In this document: positions 18,317 through 27,563 of the stretch, in pieces
Layout of the letters: the number at the start of each line of letters is the position of its first letter
Numbering within the stretch: the stretch's first letter is position 1
From: an uncultured bacterium
GTDB taxonomy: Bacteria; Verrucomicrobiota; Kiritimatiellia; CAIKKV01; CAIYGI01
DNA: 64,000 nt
Reading direction: 5' to 3'
Assembly (NCBI GenBank): GCA_903925685.1
Contig: CAIYGI010000112.1
Span: 1,784 to 65,783 of the forward strand
Translations under genes and position numbers: made by a program
The notes under the pieces: generated by a model
The model's input: only the letters and a program-made list of their open reading frames with translations
Databases searched by the model: none
Told to the model about the DNA's origin: nothing

Positions 18317-19294
18317 GTGAAATTCTCAGTGATTCTTGGCAATCTCGGAAACACATGCGACCGGTTTGTCTCGACAGGGTACAAGGAACAGCCTTCGAAA
18401 GAGGAGATGGTGCGGCAGGCGGCCTCGATTCCGGGCGTATCGGCCGTTGAACTCGTCGGCAGTTGGGATATCACGGAGAAGAACGCCGCGCAGATGCGGC
18501 GTATGCTGGACGATAACGGCTTGACGTGTTCGTGCATCATTCCTGACCTGTTCGCGAACAAGATATGGGCGCAGGGATCCCTGTCATCCCGGCAGCCTGC
18601 CATTCGCAAGAAGGCCGTGGAGTGTGTCAAGCAGGTCGTTGACATGTGTGGCGGGCTCGGCTGTAAGACAATCAACCTGTGGCCCGGCCAGGATGGGTAT
18701 GACTATTGTTTCCAGGACCATTTTGCGCAAGCGCGCGATCATCTTGTGGAGAGCGTCAAAATATGCGCCGAATACGCCCCGTCTTTGTCGTTTGCGCTTG
18801 AATATAAGTGCAAAGAGCCGCGCACTCATTCATACCTCGCCCGCGCCGCGGACACACTGTTGCTTGCAATGGAGACCGAATGTCCGAACGTGGGTGTCAC
18901 CATTGACACGGGTCACGCCATGGCGGCCGGCGAGAACATGGCGGAGGCGGCCTCGCTCCTGCTAAGGGCCGGGAAGCTGTTTCACCTGCACTTCAACGAC
19001 AACTATCGTGCCTGGGATGATGACATGATCGTCGGCAGCGTGCACTTCATCGAATACGCCGAACTCTTGTACTGGCTGAACCGGCTCGGGTACAAAGGAT
19101 GGTACTCAATGGATCAGTATCCATACCGCGAAGAAGCCCAGGGCGCCTTGAATGCCAGCGTACGGTTTATCGAAGGGCTGTGGGCCAAAATGCAGATGCT
19201 GGGGCTCGACAGATTCGACAAAGTGATTGCAGGCGGAAATGCCGTCGAAATGAGCGCGCTGGTGCGCGAGATGATTGGCATGAACAATAAATGA
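18317..19294 (+). CDS. xylose-isomerase-like TIM-barrel sugar isomerase
   Basis: A GTG start at 18317 is preceded by AAGGAAA. KFSV..G...DRF, INLWPGQDGYDY, LEYKCKEPRTHSY and KLFHLHFNDN parallel the XylA motifs RFSVAYWHTF, WGGREGY, EPKPKEP and FHIDLN (from memory). The track ORF starts further upstream at a TTG inside the tandem repeat. Confidence 0.65.
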   Translation: MKFSVILGNLGNTCDRFVSTGYKEQPSKEEMVRQAASIPGVSAVELVGSWDITEKNAAQMRRMLDDNGLTCSCIIPDLFANKIWAQGSLSSRQPAIRKKAVECVKQVVDMCGGLGCKTINLWPGQDGYDYCFQDHFAQARDHLVESVKICAEYAPSLSFALEYKCKEPRTHSYLARAADTLLLAMETECPNVGVTIDTGHAMAAGENMAEAASLLLRAGKLFHLHFNDNYRAWDDDMIVGSVHFIEYAELLYWLNRLGYKGWYSMDQYPYREEAQGALNASVRFIEGLWAKMQMLGLDRFDKVIAGGNAVEMSALVREMIGMNNK

Positions 19295-19307
19295 GGAATT
19301 CTGACCC

Positions 19308-20414
19308 ATGATTGAGATTCTAACAACAGGCATCGTTTACAAGAACCCCAAGCCCCATGTACGGAGCGTTCATGCGTATTTTCCGTCCGTGGCCGTCATG
19401 GATAACGGCGAGATGCTGGCAACATTCGCGCTCGGAGAGGCTTTTGAGGCCGCCAATTGCAGACTGAACGTTGCGCGCTCCAAGGACATGGGGGAGACGT
19501 GGGCGCTTGAAGGCCCTGTGTATCCGGGAACGAAGAGGCGACTCACCAGCGATTACGGACGTGTGACCGCCGTTGCAGGCGGAGCAGCGGTCATTTTAAT
19601 GATGCGGCATGACCGGGCCGGGCATTCGGACGAAGGCCTGGGCAATCCGGAGACGATCGGAACTGTTCCGACGGAATGTCTGCTCGTTCGCTCCAAGGAT
19701 TACGGCCGCACATGGTCTAAACCGGCGGCCATGAAACATTCCCTCCCGCAAACCCCCTACGAGATATGTTGTCCAATCACGCCGCTCAAGGATGGCCGAT
19801 GGATCGTTCCCTCTTCCACGTGGCCGACGTGGGAGGGCGCCTGTCCCAACGGGCTGAAACTGATCGCCTTCGTATCCAGGAACCGGGGCCGCACTTGGCC
19901 CGAGCACTGGGACGTGATGAAAGACCCAAAGCAGGAAATCTTCTACTGGGAGTCAAAGATCGTCGAGCTGCAAGACGGCCGGCTGCTTGCCGTTGCCTGG
20001 GCATACAATCGCGCCACGGCAAAGGACCTGCCAAATCAATATGCGCTTTCCAGCGATGGCGGAGCGACATGGTCGCAGCCTATGTCCATGGGATTGCATG
20101 GACAGACGCTCGCGCCCTTCATTCTCGACGACGGACGCGTTCTGTGCGTTTATCGCAGAATGGATCAGCCGGGGCTGTGGGCCGTGATGTCTCGCCTTGA
20201 TGGCGATCGGTGGGTGAATGAGGAGCACACGCCCCTGTGGGGCGCGCAGGCGCAAAGCCTGACTTCGACGAGCACCAACATGATAAAGAACTTCAACGTC
20301 CTGCGTTTCGGCGCGCCCTGCATAGCAAAGCTGCCGGATGGGACGATTTTTGCAGCTTTCTGGTGCTACGAAGATTGCATATCGGTCATACGCTGGTACA
20401 AGCTGAAAGCATAA
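19308..20414 (+). CDS. BNR-repeat (sialidase-like, GH33-like) protein
   Basis: 368 aa with several Asp-box repeats (SKDYGRTWS, SRNRGRTW, SSDGGATWS). Confidence 0.7.
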   Translation: MIEILTTGIVYKNPKPHVRSVHAYFPSVAVMDNGEMLATFALGEAFEAANCRLNVARSKDMGETWALEGPVYPGTKRRLTSDYGRVTAVAGGAAVILMMRHDRAGHSDEGLGNPETIGTVPTECLLVRSKDYGRTWSKPAAMKHSLPQTPYEICCPITPLKDGRWIVPSSTWPTWEGACPNGLKLIAFVSRNRGRTWPEHWDVMKDPKQEIFYWESKIVELQDGRLLAVAWAYNRATAKDLPNQYALSSDGGATWSQPMSMGLHGQTLAPFILDDGRVLCVYRRMDQPGLWAVMSRLDGDRWVNEEHTPLWGAQAQSLTSTSTNMIKNFNVLRFGAPCIAKLPDGTIFAAFWCYEDCISVIRWYKLKA

Positions 20415-20452
20415 GCATCACCCGATCGCAGACTGCGAAGGAGGCGCATGAC

Positions 20453-21622
20453 ATGAATACCCTGAAAACGTATGCCCCGCTGTATGCGCGGACGCTGCGC
20501 GACGACGTCATCCCGTTCTGGGTCCGCCACTGTCCGGACCGCGAGCAAGGGGCGTATTTCTCATGCCTGGACCGCGACGGCTCAGTATACGACACCACCA
20601 AATTCATGTGGGTGCAGTGGCGCATCGTCTGGATGCTGTGCGATCTATACAACAAACTGGAGCGGCGCGAGGAATGGCTGGAGTTGGCGGAGAACGGCCT
20701 GCGCTTTCTGATGAAGCACGGCCGCGACGAGCAGGGGCGTTACTACTTCGCCCTGGCGCGGGACGGGCGGCCGATGACCGCGCCGTATTCGGTCTTCTCC
20801 GAGTGCTTCGCGGTCATGGGCTGCGCGGCATACTTTCGGGCGTCCGGAGACGCCGCTGCGCGGGAGGAGGCGTTGCGCGCTTTCCGCGGCTATGCAGCCC
20901 GCGAGGACCGGCCCAAGGGCGAATGGACCAAGGAACTGCCCGGCGGCCCCGTCATGCGCAGTCTCGGGTTCTACATGATGAAGGTGAACCTGCAAGCGGT
21001 GCTGGAAGAGAACCTGGGGATAGCCGACTACCGCGACGATCTCTTGCGCACGGCGGAATTCGTACTCGACCGGTTTTGGAATCCCGAGTTGCGAGTGCTC
21101 TTCGAGAACGTACCGGATGCCGGCGGATTCGATCTCGCCTCCATGGCGGGACGGCACCTCAATCCCGGCCACGCCGTGGAGGCGATGTGGTTCATCATGA
21201 ACACCGCCGCCAAGGCCGGACGCCAGGACCTGGTGAATCGCGCCGCCGATGTGGTGTTGGCGGAGTTGGAGTTCGGCTGGGATCGGGAGCACGGCGGCAT
21301 CTTCTACTTCATGGACGCCCTTGGCAAACCGCACGTGGAACTGCAGTGGGACATGAAACTGTGGTGGGTCTGCAACGAGGCGCTGCTGGCGGTTGCTTTG
21401 GCGCACCGGCTTACCGGGCGCGTGGAATTTGCGGACTGGTTCCGCCGGCTGCATGACTGGACTTGGGCGCTCTTTCCCGACCCGAAATACGGCGAATGGT
21501 TCGGTTACCTGAACCGGCAAGGCGAGCCCACCCACTTCCTTAAGGGCGGCAAATGGAAGGGCTTCTTCCACCTCCCCCGCATGCTGCTGCTGATGCCGGA
21601 ATTCCTCGGCGAGGAAACCTAA
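20453..21622 (+). CDS. N-acylglucosamine 2-epimerase (AGE) family protein
   Basis: The start at MNTLKTY is preceded by GGAGG. HLNPGHAVEAMWF and GGIFYFMDALGKP are typical of the AGE/cellobiose-2-epimerase (alpha/alpha)6 barrel family. Confidence 0.75.
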   Translation: MNTLKTYAPLYARTLRDDVIPFWVRHCPDREQGAYFSCLDRDGSVYDTTKFMWVQWRIVWMLCDLYNKLERREEWLELAENGLRFLMKHGRDEQGRYYFALARDGRPMTAPYSVFSECFAVMGCAAYFRASGDAAAREEALRAFRGYAAREDRPKGEWTKELPGGPVMRSLGFYMMKVNLQAVLEENLGIADYRDDLLRTAEFVLDRFWNPELRVLFENVPDAGGFDLASMAGRHLNPGHAVEAMWFIMNTAAKAGRQDLVNRAADVVLAELEFGWDREHGGIFYFMDALGKPHVELQWDMKLWWVCNEALLAVALAHRLTGRVEFADWFRRLHDWTWALFPDPKYGEWFGYLNRQGEPTHFLKGGKWKGFFHLPRMLLLMPEFLGEET

Positions 21623-21747
21623 ATATATTGCCGCAGGCTCTCGCCCGCCATGATCCAGCCGCTTCCCGGCCGTTTATTCAGCCTCATAGAGATGGTTCAA
21701 TGCGTCACTGAAGCATTACGGCTTGAACACCGCGGCAACCCACGCGG

Positions 21748-22848
21748 TCACCGTCTGGCGGCGCGTTCCGAGACCCAGTGCTGAATATCGCGCTGCACCT
21801 TGGCCCATTGGGCGGCGTTGGTGCGATCGTTCAGGAAGCGGTCGTAAAAGCCGAACAAGGCGCCCTGGAAAGTGTCCAGCGCCAGTACGCGCTCCTGAAA
21901 CCGGCTCAGCGCGTCAAGTTTGTCCTTCTCGGGCAGGCGCACGCCGCGGAAGGCGAAAGTGTCGGCATCCACCGTGGCCTGCCATTGTTCGTCGCCTCGC
22001 GCCATGGTTATGCGCGCGCGCTTGAGTTTCTTGCCGCTCAGCAGCGCCGCCTTGGCTTCGGTGCTCAGTTCCGGACAACCGTGCCTGACCACGGCCTCGT
22101 GAGCGCCGCTACCTTCCAGCACGAAGGTCAGCGGACCCTCCACGACGACGCCGAACTGGCCGAGGTCGCCAAACTTGGCGAGCCCGCCGCGGGCCTCGCT
22201 GAAGTACCACAGCCAGGTCAGAAATTCCTGGCCGATGCTGTCGCCCGATTCCTCATCGTGGCATTCCGGCGAGAAACTTGTCGGCGTGAGGGTGCGCACG
22301 TCAATCTGCCGCCGCCGCGCGGCAACCGTGACGGGATCGGCTGGAATCGGTCCCTGTCCGACCGCCTGGCGCAGGCCGATCGAGAAGGCATCCACCTGTT
22401 TGTCATTGACCGCCTCGGCGTACAGGAAGCGCTCGCCGCGGCGATGCACCAGCGTCATGCCCTTGAGTTCAGGCGGCATTTGCGGCAGCAGACGTTCGGC
22501 CGTCTCGCGGCGGATCTCGGTGCGCGTCTTGCGGTCCAGCGAATCCTGCCCGCCCGCCTGCAGGCGGGCCAGTTCCTCCATGCGGCACTCGGCGCGCAGC
22601 AGCGCCTCGGGAATCTTGCGCTGCGCGCTCATCAGCGTCATACGCAGGAAGCCGGCGTAGAGCGCCGTGTTCTCGTTGATCTGGCGATCCAGCAGATGCC
22701 GGCCGCTGACCCAGCCATGGATCTCCCCATGGCCCAGCGTATCGATCGGCGGCGCTGCCTGGGCCGCGAAACGCTCAATGATGTTGCCGGGCAAAGTTTC
22801 GGTCAGGTAGAAGATACGAAACGAGACGCCGCCGCTTTCAAATGACAC
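21748..22848 (-). CDS. rdgC: recombination-associated protein RdgC
   Basis: 366 aa. The N-terminus (FRIFYL) and overall pattern resemble E. coli RdgC (recalled from memory). Confidence 0.6.
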   Translation of the reverse strand: MSFESGGVSFRIFYLTETLPGNIIERFAAQAAPPIDTLGHGEIHGWVSGRHLLDRQINENTALYAGFLRMTLMSAQRKIPEALLRAECRMEELARLQAGGQDSLDRKTRTEIRRETAERLLPQMPPELKGMTLVHRRGERFLYAEAVNDKQVDAFSIGLRQAVGQGPIPADPVTVAARRRQIDVRTLTPTSFSPECHDEESGDSIGQEFLTWLWYFSEARGGLAKFGDLGQFGVVVEGPLTFVLEGSGAHEAVVRHGCPELSTEAKAALLSGKKLKRARITMARGDEQWQATVDADTFAFRGVRLPEKDKLDALSRFQERVLALDTFQGALFGFYDRFLNDRTNAAQWAKVQRDIQHWVSERAARR

Positions 22849-22859
22849 TATTGATTCTC

Positions 22860-23871
22860 CTAAGCAATCAAAACTTCCGCAATCTGGACCGCGTTCAGCG
22901 CCGCGCCCTTCCAGATGTTGTCGCCGGCCACAAAAAGCGCCAGCCCGTTTTTCACGCTCGCATCGCGCCGGATGCGGCCCACCAGCACCTCGTACCTGCC
23001 CGAGCAGTCCATCGGCATCGGGTAGAGATTGCGCTGCATGTCGTCCGCGACGATCACGCCCGGCGTTCCCGCCAGCAGCGCGCGGGCTTCGTCCGGACCG
23101 AGCGGCCGTTCGAACTCGACGTTCAAGGCCTCGCTATGGCCGTTGAAGACCGGCACGCGCACGCAGGTTGCGCAGACGCGGATGGCGTCGTCGCCCAGGA
23201 TCTTGCGCGTCTCGTTGCGCATCTTGATTTCCTCGGTGGTCTCGCCGGAATCGTCCTTCACGCTGCCGATGGACGGCAGCAGATTGAAGAGGATCTGGTG
23301 GGGATAGACCTTGTGCTCGACCGGACGGCCGGCCACCCAGGCGCGCGCCTGCTCCTCCAGCTCGCGAATCGCCGGCGCCCCCGTGCCCGAGACCGCCTGG
23401 TAGGTGGCGGCCACGATCCTCTGGATACGCGCCGCCTTGTGCAGCGGGGCCAGCGGCAGCAGCGCCATGATCGTGCTGCAGTTCGGATTGGCGATCAACC
23501 CCTGGTGCCCCCGCAGCGCTTCCGGGTTGATTTCGGGAATCACCAGCGGCACACGCGGATCCATGCGGAAATCGTCGCCGTTATCGATCACGACCGCGCC
23601 ACGCTTGACGGCCTCCCATCCCAGCGTTTGCGAGGCGCCCTTGGCGCCCTCGGTGCCCGCGAAAAACGCGAAGTCCACGCCGTCGAAGGCCTCGGGCGCC
23701 GCGACTTTCACCGGGTAGGTTTCGCCGTCGATCGTCTCCGTCCGCTCGCTGCGGGCCAGGATGGTCAGCGACTTGACGGGGAATTTCCGCCGGCGCAGCA
23801 GGCGCACCATCTCGGCGCCGACCGCGCCAATGCCCACGACACAAACGTTGTATGCTTTCATGCTCCCCGTC
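22860..23871 (-). CDS. asd: aspartate-semialdehyde dehydrogenase
   Basis: 337 aa from the internal ATG at 23871 (MKAYNVCVVGIGAVGAEM... NPNCSTI... active-site Cys). The longer 580-aa track ORF is a high-GC upstream extension. Confidence 0.9.
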
Positions 23872-23875
23872 CGCC

Positions 23876-24943
23876 TTACAGGCTTTCGGCCACGAGATCG
23901 CCGACCTGGGTGGTGCTGTAGCCCATGCGGCCCGCGGCGATGCTCTTCAGCTTGTGCGCGGTCAGTTCCATCACGGACTTCTCGATCGCCGCCGCGGCCG
24001 CCTTCTCTCCGAGCTGATCCAGCATCATCATGCCGGCGCAAATCGCCGCCAGCGGATTGATCACGTTCTGTCCGGTGTACTTGGGCGCCGAGCCGCCGAT
24101 CGGCTCGAACATGCTGACTCCGCCGGGGGCCGGGTTCAGGTTGCCGCCCGCCGCGATGCCCATGCCGCCCTGCGTCATGGCAGCCAGGTCGGTGATGATG
24201 TCGCCAAAGAGGTTGCCGGTGACGATCACGTCGAACCACTCGGGATTCTTGATCATCCACATGCAGGTCGCGTCCACATGATAGTACTCGCGCTTGATGT
24301 CCGGGAAGTCGCGCGCGCCCATTTCGTGGAAGGCGCGATCCCACAGGTCGTACACAAAGGTCAGCACGTTGGTCTTGCCGCAGAGCGCCAGCGTGCGCTT
24401 CTTGCCGCGCGCCCGCGCCAGCTCGAAGGCGAAGCGCAGAGCGCGGTCCACCTGGAAGCGGCTGTAGACCGCCGCCTGCACGGCCACTTCGTGCGGCGTG
24501 TCCTTCATTGTGAAACCGCCGGCGCCGGTATACATGTCGCCGGTGTTCTCGCGCACGACGACGTAATCGATGTCGGCCGGGCCCTTGTTCTTGAGCGGAC
24601 ACTCGACGCCCGGATACAGCTTCACGGGCCGCAGGTTGATGTACTGGTCGAGATCGAAGCGCAACTTGAGCAGAATGCCCTTCTCGAGAATGCCCGGCTT
24701 CACGTCCGGGTGCCCGATCGCGCCGAGGTAAATCGCGTTGAACTTGCGCAAATCTTCCACCGCCGTCGCCGGCAGAACCTCGCCGGTGCGCAGATAGCGC
24801 GCGCCGCCGAAATCGAAATCCGTCAGATCCAGCTTGAAGCCGAACTTGGCCGCCGCCGCCTTCAGCACCTTGACGCCTTCACGGACCACTTCCGGTCCCG
24901 TGCCATCCCCGCCAATCACCGCGATTTTATAACTCTTGCTCAT
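23876..24943 (-). CDS. 3-isopropylmalate dehydrogenase family (LeuB/tartrate DH-like) protein
   Basis: 355 aa of the isocitrate/isopropylmalate dehydrogenase superfamily (KIAVIGGDGTGPEV, GSAPKYTGQNVINPLAAI). Confidence 0.8.
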   Translation of the reverse strand: MSKSYKIAVIGGDGTGPEVVREGVKVLKAAAAKFGFKLDLTDFDFGGARYLRTGEVLPATAVEDLRKFNAIYLGAIGHPDVKPGILEKGILLKLRFDLDQYINLRPVKLYPGVECPLKNKGPADIDYVVVRENTGDMYTGAGGFTMKDTPHEVAVQAAVYSRFQVDRALRFAFELARARGKKRTLALCGKTNVLTFVYDLWDRAFHEMGARDFPDIKREYYHVDATCMWMIKNPEWFDVIVTGNLFGDIITDLAAMTQGGMGIAAGGNLNPAPGGVSMFEPIGGSAPKYTGQNVINPLAAICAGMMMLDQLGEKAAAAAIEKSVMELTAHKLKSIAAGRMGYSTTQVGDLVAESL

Positions 24944-24967
24944 GTTGTGGCTTTCTTCTCCGCATGC

Positions 24968-25012
24968 TTGCGTTTCGCGGGCGCATCCCAGCGCGCCCGC
25001 AAGCGGAGCATC
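24968..25012 (-). promoter_or_regulatory. GC-rich stem-loop in the 5' leader of the leuB-family gene
   Basis: gcttgcgtttcgcgggcgc-ATCCCAG-cgcgcccgcaagc. The stem is about 15 bp and ends about 25 nt upstream of the start codon on the transcribed strand. No U-tract follows. Confidence 0.35.
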
Positions 25013-25136
25013 ATATACCCAAGCCCCGCCCCCTCGTCCAGTAAATCGTCAGGGTGTCAAGCGAAACCGGGAATTGACTTCCGTTTTGCGGCATGTTACG
25101 CGATTGGCACAGCGTGCCATGCACGAAGGATAACGC

Positions 25137-26072
25137 ATGCATCTTCCAGACGGGTTCGTCAATCTCCCAACAGCCATCACGACCGCCGCCTGCGCGGCGG
25201 GCGGGATCGCGTTGGCGCTGCGGCGGCTGCGCGCCCTGCCGCCGCGGCGGGTGCCGCTGCTGGGACTGGCTGCGGCCTTTCTTTTCGCCGCGCAGATGCT
25301 GAACTTTCCCATTGCGGGCGGCACTTCGGGGCATCTGATCGGCGCCGCGCTGGCCGTGACGCTGCTCGGACTCGATGCGGCGATCGTGGTCATGACAACC
25401 GTGCTCCTGCTTCAGGCCTTGCTCTTTAACGACGGCGGTCTGGCCGCCCTGGGGGCCAATCTGCTCAACATGGCGGTCGTCGCCCCGCTGGCAGCATGGT
25501 GTGTCCTGCGTCCCATCGTGCGCCTCGGCGGCGGCGGACTGCGCAACCGCCTGCTGGCCTGCGCCTTCGCGGCCTGGTGTTCCGTCGTGGCCGCCGCGCT
25601 CGTCTGCGCCCTGGAACTGACCGCCTCCGGCGTTGCGCCGTGGCGGATTGTCCTGCCGGCCATGGGCGGCATCCATATGCTGATCGGACTCGTGGAGGGA
25701 GCGATCACCGCGCTGGTCGTGGCGGCCGTCTGGCGCCTGCGTCCGGACCTGGCCCAGTCGTCCGCGCCGACGCCGTCCTACGGAGCGCTGGCTGGGTGGG
25801 GACTGCTGGTCGCGCTCGGGCTGGCGGTCTTGATCGCCCCTTGGGCCTGCCCCTGGCCCGACGGACTGGAAGCCGTGGCCACCCGGCTGGGCTTCGAGAG
25901 CCGCGCCGCCACGCAACCGCTCTGGCATGGCCCGCTGCCGGACTATACGCTGCCCGGCCTGCGTTCCAAATTCGCGGCCGCCATGCTGGCCGGCGCCACC
26001 GGGTGCCTGACGGCCTTCGCCGCCGCCTGGTGGATCGCCCGCGCGCTCACGCGTTCCGGCGAAACACGCTGA
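25137..26072 (+). CDS. ECF-transporter substrate-capture subunit CbiM/NikM with C-terminal PDGLE domain (Co/Ni uptake)
   Basis: It starts with MHLPDGF. It has multiple TM segments, and the C-terminus has PWPDGLE. No cbiQ/cbiO genes are adjacent. Confidence 0.75.
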   Translation: MHLPDGFVNLPTAITTAACAAGGIALALRRLRALPPRRVPLLGLAAAFLFAAQMLNFPIAGGTSGHLIGAALAVTLLGLDAAIVVMTTVLLLQALLFNDGGLAALGANLLNMAVVAPLAAWCVLRPIVRLGGGGLRNRLLACAFAAWCSVVAAALVCALELTASGVAPWRIVLPAMGGIHMLIGLVEGAITALVVAAVWRLRPDLAQSSAPTPSYGALAGWGLLVALGLAVLIAPWACPWPDGLEAVATRLGFESRAATQPLWHGPLPDYTLPGLRSKFAAAMLAGATGCLTAFAAAWWIARALTRSGETR

Positions 26073-27282
26073 GCGATTCGAAGTGCGCCGTGCGGGGGAA
26101 CATGTCGGCCAGTTGCGCCGATTCGATCCGGTAGCCCGCCGCCGCCAGGCGCGCGGCGTCGCGCGCCATCGTGTCCGGCGCGCAGGAAATGTACAAAATC
26201 GCCGACGGTCGCGCGCGCGCCAGCTCTTCGCAGACGCCGGTTTCGAAGCCTCCGCGCGGAGGATCCACGATCAAGGTCGTCTCCGCGGCAACGCCGGCGT
26301 CCGCAATCGTCCGCAAAGCCTGCCGCGCGGAACCAGCCGTCCACTTCACCTGCACACCCAGCCGCCCGGCGTTATGCTCCGCCGCGGCGAGCGCCGCTTC
26401 GTCCACTTCCACGCCCGTCACCTGCGGCACGCCGGCCGACGCCGCGGCCAGGGCGAAAACGCCGACGCCACAGTAAAGATCCAGCACCCGCGCCGGACGT
26501 TCCGCCGCGATGCGTGTCCGCACGGCTGTCATAAGCAGGTCGGCCACCGGCGAATTCACCTGGTAGAAACTGCCGCGCGGCACGGAAAGCGGGCCCAGCG
26601 CCGATCGTTCGACCAGCCATGATGCGCGTTCCGGCGCCGCGCCACGCCACCAGTTCGCGCCGTCGTGTTCGGTCCAGCGCAGCGTCAAATCCGTGTCGCG
26701 GCGCAGCCCTTTCAAGAATCCCGGCTGCGCGCGCAGTTCCGCGAGGCGGAGATTGATCGGCGCCACCGCCAGCGGACAGGCCGGAACATCCAGCACCGTC
26801 TTGTTGTCGTCCATCACATAACCGAGCGCGGCCGTGCCATTCTCGAATTGGGAATGCAGCACCAGTTTGTTGCGATACCCAAGCGGCGCCGGGGCGGCCA
26901 GCGGCGCCACCGGCGGCGGCGCGCCAGGAACCGCCGCCAGCATCGCCGCAAACTGGCGCTGTTTGGCCTCCAGTTCGGCGGCGTAGGTCGCATGCTGATA
27001 GCGGCAGCCGGAGCAGGCGGCCGGCGGACAAGGCGTCCGGCCGGCCGGTTGCAGGGCCAACGGACATGCGGTCGCGATGCGGTCGCGCGACGGCGCGAGC
27101 ACTTCGATCAGGCGCGCGGTGTCGTACTGGCGATGCGACGCGGTCACCCGCGCCAGCACGCGTTCGCCCGGCAGGGCGCCGGCGACGAAACAGACCTTCC
27201 CGTCCGCCGCCCGCGCCAGCCCGGCGCCGCCATAAGCGATTTCGGCAATCTCCAATTCCAACGGTTTTTCGCAGGCAGACAT
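26047..27282 (-). CDS. 23S rRNA (uracil-C5)-methyltransferase RlmD/RumA family (TRAM + Fe-S + SAM MTase)
   Basis: A TRAM-like N-terminus, a Cys cluster (CPLAL..C..C.GCRYQH) and the MTase motif LDLYCGVGVFALAAA. The start was chosen at the internal Met (MSACEKPLELEI). Confidence 0.75.
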   Translation of the reverse strand: MSACEKPLELEIAEIAYGGAGLARAADGKVCFVAGALPGERVLARVTASHRQYDTARLIEVLAPSRDRIATACPLALQPAGRTPCPPAACSGCRYQHATYAAELEAKQRQFAAMLAAVPGAPPPVAPLAAPAPLGYRNKLVLHSQFENGTAALGYVMDDNKTVLDVPACPLAVAPINLRLAELRAQPGFLKGLRRDTDLTLRWTEHDGANWWRGAAPERASWLVERSALGPLSVPRGSFYQVNSPVADLLMTAVRTRIAAERPARVLDLYCGVGVFALAAASAGVPQVTGVEVDEAALAAAEHNAGRLGVQVKWTAGSARQALRTIADAGVAAETTLIVDPPRGGFETGVCEELARARPSAILYISCAPDTMARDAARLAAAGYRIESAQLADMFPRTAHFESLSVFRRNA

Positions 27283-27286
27283 GTCT

Positions 27287-27544
27287 TTATGCAGTTTTGT
27301 TTTCCGCGACGACCATATGGCCGCGTCGGGAAGCCGTACCCGCGCCGATCCCCTCGACAATCACCTGATGGAGCGATTCGGCGTCACCGAAGCGCTTCAC
27401 TGCGTCAAGAACCTCGATCCCTACGAGTCGTCCATCCCGGTCATACTCAACGGCAATCTCCTCGCCAAGGGGCTTAGTCGTCACCGTGGTCTCGCGAAAA
27501 ACGATACTGAGCGCGTCAACTTCCGGATCGTAACTGATTTTCAT
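27287..27544 (-). CDS. DUF2283 domain protein
   Basis: MKISYDPEVDALSIVF... is the typical DUF2283 N-terminus. It is often the partner of DUF4258 in toxin-antitoxin-like pairs, but here it stands alone beside the RM gene. Confidence 0.6.
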   Translation of the reverse strand: MKISYDPEVDALSIVFRETTVTTKPLGEEIAVEYDRDGRLVGIEVLDAVKRFGDAESLHQVIVEGIGAGTASRRGHMVVAENKTA

Positions 27545-27563
27545 ACGGCTAATCGGATCGGTT

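Noticed and set aside
22860-24602. 580-aa ORF as a single gene.
   Set aside because: The N-terminal 243 aa are Arg/Gly-rich antisense artefact of the leuB-family gene. asd begins at the internal ATG at 23871.
24944-25136. Cobalamin or NiCo riboswitch upstream of the NikM/CbiM-like transporter.
   Set aside because: I could not find a convincing B12 box or the NiCo conserved core by eye. The possibility is left as a low-interest item under the NikM/larB finding rather than called as a feature.
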